Below are positions 41,036 to 52,102 of a stretch of 64,000 bases of DNA, one piece after another (position 1 is the first letter of the stretch; each line of letters opens with the position of its first letter). The notes under the pieces were generated by a model. That model was given only the letters and a program-made list of their open reading frames with translations. It did not search any database and was not told the DNA's origin. Position numbers and translations under genes: made by a program. The stretch comes from an uncultured virus (IMG/VR IMGVR_UViG_2061766007_002383) (taxonomy: Duplodnaviria; Heunggongvirae; Uroviricota; Caudoviricetes), in IMG/VR virus record IMGVR_UViG_2061766007_002383; one strand, written 5' to 3'.

Positions 41036-44000
41036 ATGGATTATAAAGACATAGAAGAAGTATACGAATTTCATAGAAATATGAGGAGAACTCCATGGAC
41101 ACAACTCTTTCCTCATTGGTGGGATGAGACTGATGCTCTTTTAAACGCTATAGGTGACGAAGTTGAGCGTATAAAAGCATTAGCTGTTTTTGCATTATTA
41201 AATATTGGCATTAAACCACCAGTTTTACTGTGGCAAGAGTCAATTAAACACGACAAATATAATGTAAATAAAAATCTCACACAACTCCCCAATAATATAA
41301 AAATCCAAGCCCCACTCTACAAAACATGGGGGAAGATAACCCTAATCAACAACACCCCTACCCCACTCGACGGACTCCAGATAATGCTCGATTCAGTAAA
41401 TGGATACGTAATTAATCAATTGCTTAAGCAAGGAGATAAGATAGTAATTGATTTAGTAAATCAGAAAGTTGTACTAAATGGAGACGTTATTAGGGCGCAG
41501 GAAGTTGGCGATGGAATGCCATATTTCATTACAAGTCAGAATAATATTGAATATAAGGATAATACACCGCTTCATAATGAAGTTGTCAATATACAAGTTG
41601 AAACTACCGATGGACGAAGTGTCAAATGCGATATTGATGTTGATGTTCAAATGAACGATGCTGTTTTTACCAATGAGCAGAATATAGAAGTTACTGCATT
41701 GGAAGCTGTGCCGATTGATAAGATTGAGTTATATGCGTTTTATGATTTTGAATTTAATGAAGAATATAGCGGTTGGCATAAGGTTTATGAAAAGAAATAT
41801 GACAAGAATACGAATGTTATCTATGATATGATAACTACACAGTTTTATACGAAAGAATTTTATGTTGATGTGTGGTTTAAGACTCTGCAGTATCCGTATA
41901 AGGTTGCCTTCCCATGCTATCAGGACGCTGATGAAGACTCAATGTATCATGTGAATAATAGGTTAGATACATGGGGCGTTCCTTTAGGATTGGAAAGAAG
42001 ATTATATAGAAAAGATATTCCTGAAGATGAGTATGCAAGAACTTTTCCGATATATTATCCATTTGATATTGAACAAGATTATTGGTATTGGAAGAGGCTG
42101 ATAAGCGAATATTCATGGAATGATTTGGCTGTTAATGACGCAGATATTAAAGATATTGAAGGGAATAACGTTATACGTCTACATGCGATTCATCCGTTTA
42201 GTGATGACTTTGCAGTTCATGCAAGGTCAATGTATTCTACATCAAGAGAATATAAGAATAGAGATAGGTGGATACCAGTTGTTGTATCACAGAAGAGTAC
42301 AAAAGCTGTGTATAAGCAATCACCATATTCAAACATTATTAATTTATTGGAAGACAATGAAAGATATGCGTCCATTGACTTGACAGCAAGAAGTGGGATT
42401 AATATAGGAAAAATGAAATATCAGTCAAAAGAATTATGGAATTTCTTTGACTTATCACGATTACCAGAAGATATCAATATAGATGATATCAGAATTTATA
42501 TAGAAGCCGAATCATTAGATAACAAGACAGATAAATATAGTACAGCACAAACTGGATTGATAGCGCCAGGATTAATAGATGGTGAAGAATTTATACCATT
42601 ATATGCTGATAAAAATTATGAATTAAGTGAGCAAACAATTACTTACTCAAATAAGGACTTAAGCAAGTACTTAAAGAAGATACAACCAGATGTTGATGAG
42701 TTCATTACACAAGAAATGACAGTAGGCAATTTTGAAGGCAATCTTGGGGAAGCAATTAATATACCATTATTGTTGAAAGAAAATGATATTATTGTTGAAG
42801 ATATTACAGAAATGTATGTTTACTTCAATGGAAAACTCATTAAAAGTGCTAATAAGGCTTACCCTGATGATGATACAAAAGATGATGTATATAATAATGT
42901 AACAAAAAGTATATCTGTTGATTTGCCACGCACCATGATTAAAACATTAACATTTGTATGTAAATGTAAAGAGCATAAACCATTTATCGGTACAGTAGAT
43001 GTACATACAAAATTCATATATAAAAAAGATGAAAATGATGAGTTTATATTAACCGATGATGGCAAAAAAATAATTGATGATATTTGCATTTATGGTCCTT
43101 TCGCAGATGAAGAATCAAATTCTACAGATGAGCCAAATCCTATTATTATTACAGAAGATTGGCATACAAAAGACGTTAGAAACATTCTTCAGAAACAAGG
43201 ACTTTATTTCCGTAACATATTTGAAAACAATAATGAACAATCTGGAACATCAATCAATGTTAAAAATATTATATTGGAAGTTGAATATTCAGAAAAGAAA
43301 ACTGATTTTACATTAGAAACAAAAATAATTAAAGATAATTTAACTGAACCATATATTGCTCAATATGAAGTTACTATTACAAATACTGGAGAAAAACCAT
43401 TAATAGCAGATATAGATATCATTACAGCACCTAATCTACAATTAGATAGAAATAGCATTCATGTTGAATTAGAAGTAAATGAACCTTATACTGAAAGGAT
43501 TGGTATTATGACACAATATCCAATCGTTGATGGTACATATGAAATTGTTACTTTCTGTGAAGATAAAATTAAAACTAATTTCCTTGAATTGTCATCAGAT
43601 GGATTAATAGAAACAAGCATCCAATTAAAACCACATAGTGGAAAATATAATGAACCAATTACCATTGAGGCTGATATTATAACAGCAGACGGCAAATTAA
43701 TAAGCTCTATAGATGGTATTGAAGTTTACATCAATAATTATTTAATTTCACCTGACAATAATGTATCATTAACAATTCATAATAATCACATTACACTCAC
43801 AGGATTCATACCGCAACGATACAACTTCGTAGATACTGGTATGTTACCATTAGACGTCAAATTTTTAGGCGATAGTAAATATGCAAGTTCTCATAAGAGA
43901 AATTCTATATTTATTGGTAAAGACTCAACAAGAATGGAAATAGATGCTGCAACAGTAGCAAAATATGAAAGCGAATACCAAGTTAAAATTAAAGTTCAGT

Positions 44001-47000
44001 ATTATGATAATAATAATAATTTGCAAAATGTTACAGATGGAAATGTAATGGTATATATTGATGATGCCATGATTGGTGAAGCCATACGTGGTAATGATGG
44101 TATATTTACTTTAACAGTCAATAAATTAGAAGAACAGCCAGGAAACCATATATTAATAGCTGAATACGTTAATAGTGACCAATATGGTAATGCAAGTGCA
44201 TCACAAGAACTTATCATTATTGGTGGAGAAATTAGTGTTGAAGTATTTAATATTGAAGCTCATCCTTGTGATACAATTACATTTACTGCTGTTGCACAAG
44301 ATAGCAAAAAACATACAGTAACATCAGGATATATTGATTTCATTGTAGAAGAATTTAATATTGAAATCACAGATGTGCCTATTGTTAATGGTATCGCTCA
44401 AGCTGATTATTTATTAGATATAACTATTAAAGATAACGCATCTATCATTACACCTATTAAAGCAAGATACCATGATGGAGATTATATATCAAACGATGGA
44501 ACAGCAAACTTAAGCGTATCTAAATACGATGTTGATATAATATGCTCAAATCAATTTTTAGGTTCTCAATATGAACCATTAGGTTTTTATCTGCAAGTAG
44601 TCAATAGAGAAACTGGTGAAAAAGTCACAGATGGTAAAGTTAAGATTGATATCATAGGACAATCTGGTATCACAGGAGAAGCCAATGTAGATGAAGATGG
44701 CGGTTGTCGTTTAATATGTAATCCAATTTCATCTGTCAGATTATGGGATAGATTAGGACGTTATAATTTTGTTATAGAAGATGGTAGTGACCCTTATATC
44801 ACAAGAGATGGTCAAAGAGTTAATTTAAGAGAAGAATTGTTATCAGAAGACCCAACATTCTTCGATGATGCTATATCTGGTGATTTATACTTCATCTATC
44901 AAAATGAAGATGATAAACATACACAAGACAATGAAAACGATATTGTATTCAAGATAAATGAAAATGGCATCTTATCATTCTATAATGATGAACATAATGT
45001 TGTTGAAGATTATCTATTTATCAACGATGATGGACACTTATATAGAAGAACATCAACCAACAACAGATATTATCAACTAGGTACTTATGACGTTCGCTTT
45101 ACATATCAAGGTTCAAAAAGATACAAAAAGCAAGGTAAATATATCGAACAAGCCTTAACAATCGATACACACGATGTTAATTTAGATGTTCATTCATATG
45201 AACTACAATATGGTAGCAAAAAAAATGTTATTTGTTTCACTACTGATTACTTTAATGATGATTTAGAAATTAATGGAAAAGTCAAATTTTACCTTGATGA
45301 AGAATACTTTACCACAAGCGACATTATAGATAATAGAGCAATAATTGATTACGCACTTTATAACAAAATTTCATACGGAAATCATTTATTGGAAGGAAGA
45401 TATGTTAATAACAATTTAGACACAACTCATACTTACACCACTTTCTTATTAAGCAAAATTGACCCTACAATGTCTGTTCATGTTGTGCCTAAAATTAAAG
45501 GCACTATATCAAATGTAACAGTTGATATTGGCATACCTGAAGATTTAGATGGCATCCAAATTAGTGGTCTTGTTACATTATATTTAGATGGCGAAAAAAT
45601 AGATGCTGTATACTTATATGGAAACGAAGAATATGAAGGTATCGTAAACGATGGCGATTTAGATGACAACGTTAGACATTTAAACACCATAGATGGATAT
45701 AATGGCATTCATTTTGAAGTGATGATGCCAGATGATATCGATATCAACGAACACACACTTACTGTAGAATATGAAGGGAATAGTGTCATTAATCAAAAAA
45801 TAGTTAACGAACCATTAAAACAAGAGCCATATGAAATAACATTATATTCTCGCCCAACACATATTGCAAAAGGCGAAGAATGTTCTATTCCTATATATAT
45901 AGATATCGATGAACACCATACTGTCAACGAAGGGTACATACAAGTATTAGTAGATAATGATGTCATCGGAAGTTTCCCAGTTCATGATAATAAAGCGACT
46001 GTATCATGGACTCCACAAGACAACACAGTATATAGTGTTACATATGTTTACGATAATGATGACGATAGAAGTAATGATATGTATACTTGCTCAATTCAAT
46101 ATCCATTAGAAGATTTGGGTATCATATTAATAAACAGTCAGAACTTTATTAACTATATTTGTTCAACAAATGAATATGCAACATTAGAAGACGCCATTAG
46201 ATGCTTAAAAAATAACGGAACATTACAGATAGAAGGAAAATGTAAATTAGAAGATGACTTTACTATCAAAAAAGACATCACAATACAAGGTGCTAATGAC
46301 TCAATTATTTATGTCGACGAACCAACAAATCTTACTATCGACCGCAACAATAGTGTTGAAATTGACAATATAATCTTCAATAATAAACTACAAATTAACG
46401 ACAATGGCAGTCTAAAAATCACTCATTCTATTATTAACAAAGATGTCATGATTAATAGTGCAGGTAATCTTATAATTAACAGAAGCTTTGTGTATTGTGA
46501 CATATATGGAAACAAAACAGACATTGATAATAATTGGTGGGGTAAAAATCAACCACCTTATAACACAAATAATAATATCATTCTTACATTAACAACAAAT
46601 GATGAACCAGCTGTTATAACGGAAGACATTCAAGTGGTCGGTAAACTTATAGGTAAAAATGGCAGAGAATACAATATACCTGAAGCCGACTTCATTTTAA
46701 CAGCTGATACTGGATATTTCTCATTAGACAATGGAAAACTCATCAATCATACCGTTACAACTTCATATTTTGATGCCACCGAAGAAGGATATATCTATAT
46801 CACAGTAGATAATGAAACCGCCAAGTGTCCAATATATGCATACGACAGAAAGACAGAAACAATCATTCGACCTGTTTACGATGTGCCTATTGGATACAGG
46901 GCAACCTTCTACGCCGACGTCAACAGATGTATAGACTCCTACTACGAAGAAACCGACATTCCTGGCTACATAGACTTTTACATAGACGACAATCAAGTAG

Positions 47001-50000
47001 GTCATTGCGTAATTAATCAAGGAATTGCATCAGTAGGCGTTTACTTTAAGGAAGGATTAAATGTTTACAGTCTTGGAGAACATACCTTAAAGGCTGTCTA
47101 TAGACCAGATGAGTATTATTTCAAGTCTGAAGACGAAATTAAATTCAATATAATAGCAGATAATAATATAGTGTTTGTATCACCTGATTCAGGAAATGAT
47201 TATAACAATGGTAAATTTGACGAACCATTTAAAACAATAGCACATGCAGTCACTCAAGCACCTAACAACGGAACTATATATTTAATGAATGGTGAATATA
47301 ACGAAACCAACGTCAGAATCGGTAAAAACTTAACAATTAAAAGCTATGCTGAAAATGTCACTATGGAAAATTTAACAGGTGAATATATTTTTGATTGTTC
47401 CAATGGCTCAACTGACAGAAATATTAACATTATAGGTATAAACTTTATAAATAACCAAGTTAACAATCTATTAACACAAGCTACAAGAACAACCATCAGT
47501 CATTCTATTATCATTAATAATAAAGGTATCTTTGATGACGGAAGAGGCAATATAAGATATAGTGTAATCTTAAACCAAACTGTTACAGGATTAGAAGACT
47601 TTATGAAATATTGTTGGTTTGGTACAAATACGCCAAGAATCTCTATTAAACCTTCAATTAATGATTATGTAATAATGGATACAGCATCATCAAAAGATGT
47701 ATTGTATAAGGGTATTGTAGCAACTGTAAGTGGTCGTATAATTAAATATAGACATCATGCAGGCAATGCATATTCTGATTATAGATTAGAAGACAAACTA
47801 CCATTAAGAATCGCTCAATTCTATAGCGACTACGCTTCATTACTGCCAGCACAAGACTACACTTACCGCAACCAAGCAACAAGCCTACTCAACACCAATG
47901 AAGAAACAAACAGCAAAGACATTGTATTAAGAGTATTGGATAAGAAATATTATGTTGATAATTCAATAGCGATAAGATGTAGCGTACAAGATAAAGTGGG
48001 CAATAAAATAAGCGATGGCGTACTTAATTACTTACTTACCGACAAGAATGGGGTAACCATCGCAGATACAGATAAGGACGTAAAAGATGGATACGCAGTT
48101 TTTATAACTTCTGAATTGCCAATAGGTAATTATGCATTAAAATGTACATATGGAAATACATCTTATTATGATTATATTCAAATTAAGAAGAAAGATATTG
48201 TTGTGGATAATGTATATATCACAGCAGGTGACCATGCACACACATTATCATTTGTTGCCGATTTTGTAGATAATAATGGAAATATTATTGATGATGAAAA
48301 TGTCTTCGTATATGTGGACAATATGAATATTGGACAATATACCATTACTAATGGTCAGCTTCAACAAGTGATAGACTATACTATGTTAAAAGCAGGCACT
48401 CATATTTTAAAATTTACTAATGAAAATATTACTTCAGAATATGATGTATTTGAACATTCAACATCTTTCGTTTCAGAAGCAAAAGACACATATATTGATT
48501 TTGACTATAGCGGCATTGAATTAAAAGTACCATCAGACTTATCCATAATAGTATATGATGATGAAAAGATTGTAGATAGAGGAAATATTACAATCATACT
48601 TGATAATGAAATCGCTTATGAAGATGTTAATTTAGATAATGGCGGTTTCACTATTGAAGACTTAACATTTGAAGAAAAAGGTCAACATTACATTTTTATA
48701 GAGTATGATGGTGTAGATGGATATTATAATAGTTCTGTTAAAGCAGTACAAATTAATGTTGGAATATATGAAGTTCACTTTGTAGATGCGCCAGATATAA
48801 TGTATACTGGTATAAACAAATCAGTAAAAATAAATACACAGATTAAAGATATTTCTAACCAAATTGTATCAAGAGGATATGTCAATGCATATATAGATGA
48901 AATATTGGTTAATGAGAATGTCAATGTTGAAATTGGACGCTTAATATTAGAAGCTAAAGTTCCTATGGGTATTATGCCAGGAAAACACAAATTACTGCTT
49001 GAATATATAGACCCTACGGAAACATATGCAAATACAGACAAAATCATTGAATTAAACATTAATTATATCGACACCGATATTGTACTGGAAAATACTACTG
49101 GTTACCCAGACCAAGATTTAAATATCAGATATAATATTACTTCACAATATGGTAATGTAGATACTGGTAAAATAACAATAAAGTTCGACGATGAGTTCGG
49201 TAATGAAAAAGTCTATTCAAAAGCAGTATCTGATAATTTATTTAATGATATTACTATTCATGTACCTAATTTACCTGCGGACGATTATCCATTAAAAGTA
49301 TATTACACAGATGCTTCAGGCATGTATGCCGATTCTCAAATAAGTACACAATTAAACATCAGCAAAAATCAAGTTAATATTGCCCCAAGATATAATAACT
49401 ATTTTGCTGATGAAACATTCTTATATGAAGCTACCATTACCAATAAAGATGATAAAATTGTCAAGACTGGAAAAGCAGATATATACATAGATAATGTTAG
49501 AGAAATCGAAGATGTAGATATCATAAACGGACAAATGTTGACAGAGCTTCTCTTTACAGAAGCAAGAACATACCCATTAAGCGTTGTCGTAAAAGAAGAT
49601 GATTACCATCTTGAAACTGTTTATAGACAAGATTTTATCGTCAATAATATCATAATTGAAGATATTGATGTAAATATTGAAAATAACATATTAACCGATA
49701 TCATATTTACAACAATAAATGACCATAATGTCACAGATGGAATAATTGATATTGCAATAGATAATAATCAAATAGGCTCATATTATGTAGCTGAAAGCAA
49801 TAAATTTGTTGATATAGATTTATCATCATTAACAAAAGGCACACACACAATCCGTATTAAATATTATGGTTCTAACATCTTTGCAGATAAAAACAAAAAA
49901 ATTGAGATTAATATTGAACCAAAAACATTAGAATATATCCATATTGACGATGTATCTGGTACACCTAAAAGCAGTATTAATATTGCAACAACATTAAGCG

Positions 50001-52102
50001 AAAACATTACTGGTACTATCAAATATTATATTGATGATGATTATATCGGTCTTGCACAAGTCAATGACAATAATGAAGTTACCTTTGATTATTATATACC
50101 AACAACATTAATTAATGATACTTATACATTAAAAGCTAAATTCATTGGTAACAATTATTACGATGAAATAGAAGATACCGCAACATTAACAATTACTAAA
50201 AATGAAACAATTTTTAGTATCAATGATGTAGACGCTTATTATCAGAGCACAATTAATATCAATGTTAATGAAGGAGATATTGATAATAATGCTTTATTAC
50301 ACTTTTATATCAAACAAGATGATAACCCTAGACAATATATTGGTGAATTAATTTATTCAATATATAATGATACATTCACCTACACTTTAGCAGATGAATT
50401 TGTTGCTGGAGATTATACTCTTATCGCAGAATATGATGGTTCTCCAGTCTATAGCGAATATATAGCGACTTCAGAATTACATATAAACACATTCACACCT
50501 ATTATAGACATCCCTAATAATATTGATGTTTATATTGGTGGACAATTAATAATTGACAACATTATTTTAAATAGTCAAGGCACACCAATTAATGTAGGTA
50601 CAATCACATGCACACAAGGTAATGACACATGGTTTACAATCGATGCTGGTAAAAGAGAACAATATCAAATGCCAACAAATATCACATCAAGCCAAGAAGT
50701 GACAATCAAATATGAATGTAATACAGATGGGAAATATGAAGATGTTGAAAAGACAATCACTCTTAATATGTTAAAGAATAATATTAATGCTGACATTGAA
50801 TTACCAGAATATATATATTATGATGTTGAATTTGAAATCCATCTGACAGCCACAAGTGATACAACAGTTATTCCTATTAATACAACCGCCAGTTGTAGTT
50901 ATTCAGCAGATGCTACTTTAAGTGATGGAAAAGCAACATTTAATGTAACAATTTCTCAAGATGATGACCACACCATTACTATTAAAACTCCAAAAGGTGC
51001 TAATCATAGTGTATTTAATCAGACAACAATAACAAAAGAAGTACAAATAAAACTTCACGATATTGTTACACTTAACACAAATAAAGCAGAATCAGCAACT
51101 AATGCTCATACTTTAAGTGACGCTGTTGATTTAGTATCAGAACGTGGTAATGTAATTATTGAAACATCAGTCGCAAATCAAGAAGCCACTATAGACAAAA
51201 ACATTGTCATAGATGGACTTAATAACACTTTAACAGACTGCTCTATTAACAACAATGCAAACTTATCTATCATTAACACAAACTTTAATGATGACACAAA
51301 TATTGTCAACAACAATAAAATAGACATTAAAAACTGTACATTTGATAATTCAACCACTACACCTATTCAAACATTAGGAGAAGCAAATATAGACAACTGT
51401 ACTTTCTCAAATAATAATTTAAGTGCAACAAATACTGGTTGTATAAATATAGGAAATAGAAATAACCATGTCACCATTACTAACTGTCATTTTAATAACA
51501 ATAATAGTCAATTAAATAGTAGTTGTATATTTTCAAATAAAGGAAATGAAGTGGATATTGTAAATAATGAATTCATCAACAATAACTGTAATGGAACACC
51601 AAGCACATGTATATATGTTCGTGGAAATGTATCAATTTATAACAATATATTCTACAACAACAATGATACACAAGAAGTGTACCTATTAGATGGTCACCTA
51701 AATCTTCACCATAACATATTTGATGGCAAAAACAAATGTGTTGCATTCAATAATGGAAATGGAGATTTAGATTACAACTACTGGGGTATCAACCCAACAG
51801 CAAGAAGCGATATTGATATCGATGAGAATATAGAAATCAATAATTGGTTAATCAGTCATTTTGATGTTGACCGCAAATATCAGAACGAATACTATATCAA
51901 AGCTGTCATTAATCAATATGTAAATACATTAGAAAGAGAAATAACCACCATCGATAATATAGATTATAAATTCCCAGTTACCATTAATGGACAAGATAAG
52001 ACTAATAACGAATATTATTACCTAAATGAAGAATATATCGTTACTGAAGGAAATAACAATAAAATAGGACAAGAGGTATTCACATGGCAATCAATCAAAT
52101 AA
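41036..52102 (+). CDS. Giant (3688 aa) baseplate-wedge/adhesin fusion with many Ig-like repeats and pectin-lyase-like beta-helices
   Basis: N-terminal LFPHWW...LLNAIGDE and LDTWGVPLGLER (gpI-like). Repeated G.V..YID...G.H.L...Y.G Ig-like units. VFVSPDSGNDYNNGKFDEPFKTIAHAV and NNWWG/YNYWG motifs resemble methanogen adhesin-like proteins. Confidence 0.8.
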   Translation: MDYKDIEEVYEFHRNMRRTPWTQLFPHWWDETDALLNAIGDEVERIKALAVFALLNIGIKPPVLLWQESIKHDKYNVNKNLTQLPNNIKIQAPLYKTWGKITLINNTPTPLDGLQIMLDSVNGYVINQLLKQGDKIVIDLVNQKVVLNGDVIRAQEVGDGMPYFITSQNNIEYKDNTPLHNEVVNIQVETTDGRSVKCDIDVDVQMNDAVFTNEQNIEVTALEAVPIDKIELYAFYDFEFNEEYSGWHKVYEKKYDKNTNVIYDMITTQFYTKEFYVDVWFKTLQYPYKVAFPCYQDADEDSMYHVNNRLDTWGVPLGLERRLYRKDIPEDEYARTFPIYYPFDIEQDYWYWKRLISEYSWNDLAVNDADIKDIEGNNVIRLHAIHPFSDDFAVHARSMYSTSREYKNRDRWIPVVVSQKSTKAVYKQSPYSNIINLLEDNERYASIDLTARSGINIGKMKYQSKELWNFFDLSRLPEDINIDDIRIYIEAESLDNKTDKYSTAQTGLIAPGLIDGEEFIPLYADKNYELSEQTITYSNKDLSKYLKKIQPDVDEFITQEMTVGNFEGNLGEAINIPLLLKENDIIVEDITEMYVYFNGKLIKSANKAYPDDDTKDDVYNNVTKSISVDLPRTMIKTLTFVCKCKEHKPFIGTVDVHTKFIYKKDENDEFILTDDGKKIIDDICIYGPFADEESNSTDEPNPIIITEDWHTKDVRNILQKQGLYFRNIFENNNEQSGTSINVKNIILEVEYSEKKTDFTLETKIIKDNLTEPYIAQYEVTITNTGEKPLIADIDIITAPNLQLDRNSIHVELEVNEPYTERIGIMTQYPIVDGTYEIVTFCEDKIKTNFLELSSDGLIETSIQLKPHSGKYNEPITIEADIITADGKLISSIDGIEVYINNYLISPDNNVSLTIHNNHITLTGFIPQRYNFVDTGMLPLDVKFLGDSKYASSHKRNSIFIGKDSTRMEIDAATVAKYESEYQVKIKVQYYDNNNNLQNVTDGNVMVYIDDAMIGEAIRGNDGIFTLTVNKLEEQPGNHILIAEYVNSDQYGNASASQELIIIGGEISVEVFNIEAHPCDTITFTAVAQDSKKHTVTSGYIDFIVEEFNIEITDVPIVNGIAQADYLLDITIKDNASIITPIKARYHDGDYISNDGTANLSVSKYDVDIICSNQFLGSQYEPLGFYLQVVNRETGEKVTDGKVKIDIIGQSGITGEANVDEDGGCRLICNPISSVRLWDRLGRYNFVIEDGSDPYITRDGQRVNLREELLSEDPTFFDDAISGDLYFIYQNEDDKHTQDNENDIVFKINENGILSFYNDEHNVVEDYLFINDDGHLYRRTSTNNRYYQLGTYDVRFTYQGSKRYKKQGKYIEQALTIDTHDVNLDVHSYELQYGSKKNVICFTTDYFNDDLEINGKVKFYLDEEYFTTSDIIDNRAIIDYALYNKISYGNHLLEGRYVNNNLDTTHTYTTFLLSKIDPTMSVHVVPKIKGTISNVTVDIGIPEDLDGIQISGLVTLYLDGEKIDAVYLYGNEEYEGIVNDGDLDDNVRHLNTIDGYNGIHFEVMMPDDIDINEHTLTVEYEGNSVINQKIVNEPLKQEPYEITLYSRPTHIAKGEECSIPIYIDIDEHHTVNEGYIQVLVDNDVIGSFPVHDNKATVSWTPQDNTVYSVTYVYDNDDDRSNDMYTCSIQYPLEDLGIILINSQNFINYICSTNEYATLEDAIRCLKNNGTLQIEGKCKLEDDFTIKKDITIQGANDSIIYVDEPTNLTIDRNNSVEIDNIIFNNKLQINDNGSLKITHSIINKDVMINSAGNLIINRSFVYCDIYGNKTDIDNNWWGKNQPPYNTNNNIILTLTTNDEPAVITEDIQVVGKLIGKNGREYNIPEADFILTADTGYFSLDNGKLINHTVTTSYFDATEEGYIYITVDNETAKCPIYAYDRKTETIIRPVYDVPIGYRATFYADVNRCIDSYYEETDIPGYIDFYIDDNQVGHCVINQGIASVGVYFKEGLNVYSLGEHTLKAVYRPDEYYFKSEDEIKFNIIADNNIVFVSPDSGNDYNNGKFDEPFKTIAHAVTQAPNNGTIYLMNGEYNETNVRIGKNLTIKSYAENVTMENLTGEYIFDCSNGSTDRNINIIGINFINNQVNNLLTQATRTTISHSIIINNKGIFDDGRGNIRYSVILNQTVTGLEDFMKYCWFGTNTPRISIKPSINDYVIMDTASSKDVLYKGIVATVSGRIIKYRHHAGNAYSDYRLEDKLPLRIAQFYSDYASLLPAQDYTYRNQATSLLNTNEETNSKDIVLRVLDKKYYVDNSIAIRCSVQDKVGNKISDGVLNYLLTDKNGVTIADTDKDVKDGYAVFITSELPIGNYALKCTYGNTSYYDYIQIKKKDIVVDNVYITAGDHAHTLSFVADFVDNNGNIIDDENVFVYVDNMNIGQYTITNGQLQQVIDYTMLKAGTHILKFTNENITSEYDVFEHSTSFVSEAKDTYIDFDYSGIELKVPSDLSIIVYDDEKIVDRGNITIILDNEIAYEDVNLDNGGFTIEDLTFEEKGQHYIFIEYDGVDGYYNSSVKAVQINVGIYEVHFVDAPDIMYTGINKSVKINTQIKDISNQIVSRGYVNAYIDEILVNENVNVEIGRLILEAKVPMGIMPGKHKLLLEYIDPTETYANTDKIIELNINYIDTDIVLENTTGYPDQDLNIRYNITSQYGNVDTGKITIKFDDEFGNEKVYSKAVSDNLFNDITIHVPNLPADDYPLKVYYTDASGMYADSQISTQLNISKNQVNIAPRYNNYFADETFLYEATITNKDDKIVKTGKADIYIDNVREIEDVDIINGQMLTELLFTEARTYPLSVVVKEDDYHLETVYRQDFIVNNIIIEDIDVNIENNILTDIIFTTINDHNVTDGIIDIAIDNNQIGSYYVAESNKFVDIDLSSLTKGTHTIRIKYYGSNIFADKNKKIEINIEPKTLEYIHIDDVSGTPKSSINIATTLSENITGTIKYYIDDDYIGLAQVNDNNEVTFDYYIPTTLINDTYTLKAKFIGNNYYDEIEDTATLTITKNETIFSINDVDAYYQSTININVNEGDIDNNALLHFYIKQDDNPRQYIGELIYSIYNDTFTYTLADEFVAGDYTLIAEYDGSPVYSEYIATSELHINTFTPIIDIPNNIDVYIGGQLIIDNIILNSQGTPINVGTITCTQGNDTWFTIDAGKREQYQMPTNITSSQEVTIKYECNTDGKYEDVEKTITLNMLKNNINADIELPEYIYYDVEFEIHLTATSDTTVIPINTTASCSYSADATLSDGKATFNVTISQDDDHTITIKTPKGANHSVFNQTTITKEVQIKLHDIVTLNTNKAESATNAHTLSDAVDLVSERGNVIIETSVANQEATIDKNIVIDGLNNTLTDCSINNNANLSIINTNFNDDTNIVNNNKIDIKNCTFDNSTTTPIQTLGEANIDNCTFSNNNLSATNTGCINIGNRNNHVTITNCHFNNNNSQLNSSCIFSNKGNEVDIVNNEFINNNCNGTPSTCIYVRGNVSIYNNIFYNNNDTQEVYLLDGHLNLHHNIFDGKNKCVAFNNGNGDLDYNYWGINPTARSDIDIDENIEINNWLISHFDVDRKYQNEYYIKAVINQYVNTLEREITTIDNIDYKFPVTINGQDKTNNEYYYLNEEYIVTEGNNNKIGQEVFTWQSIK

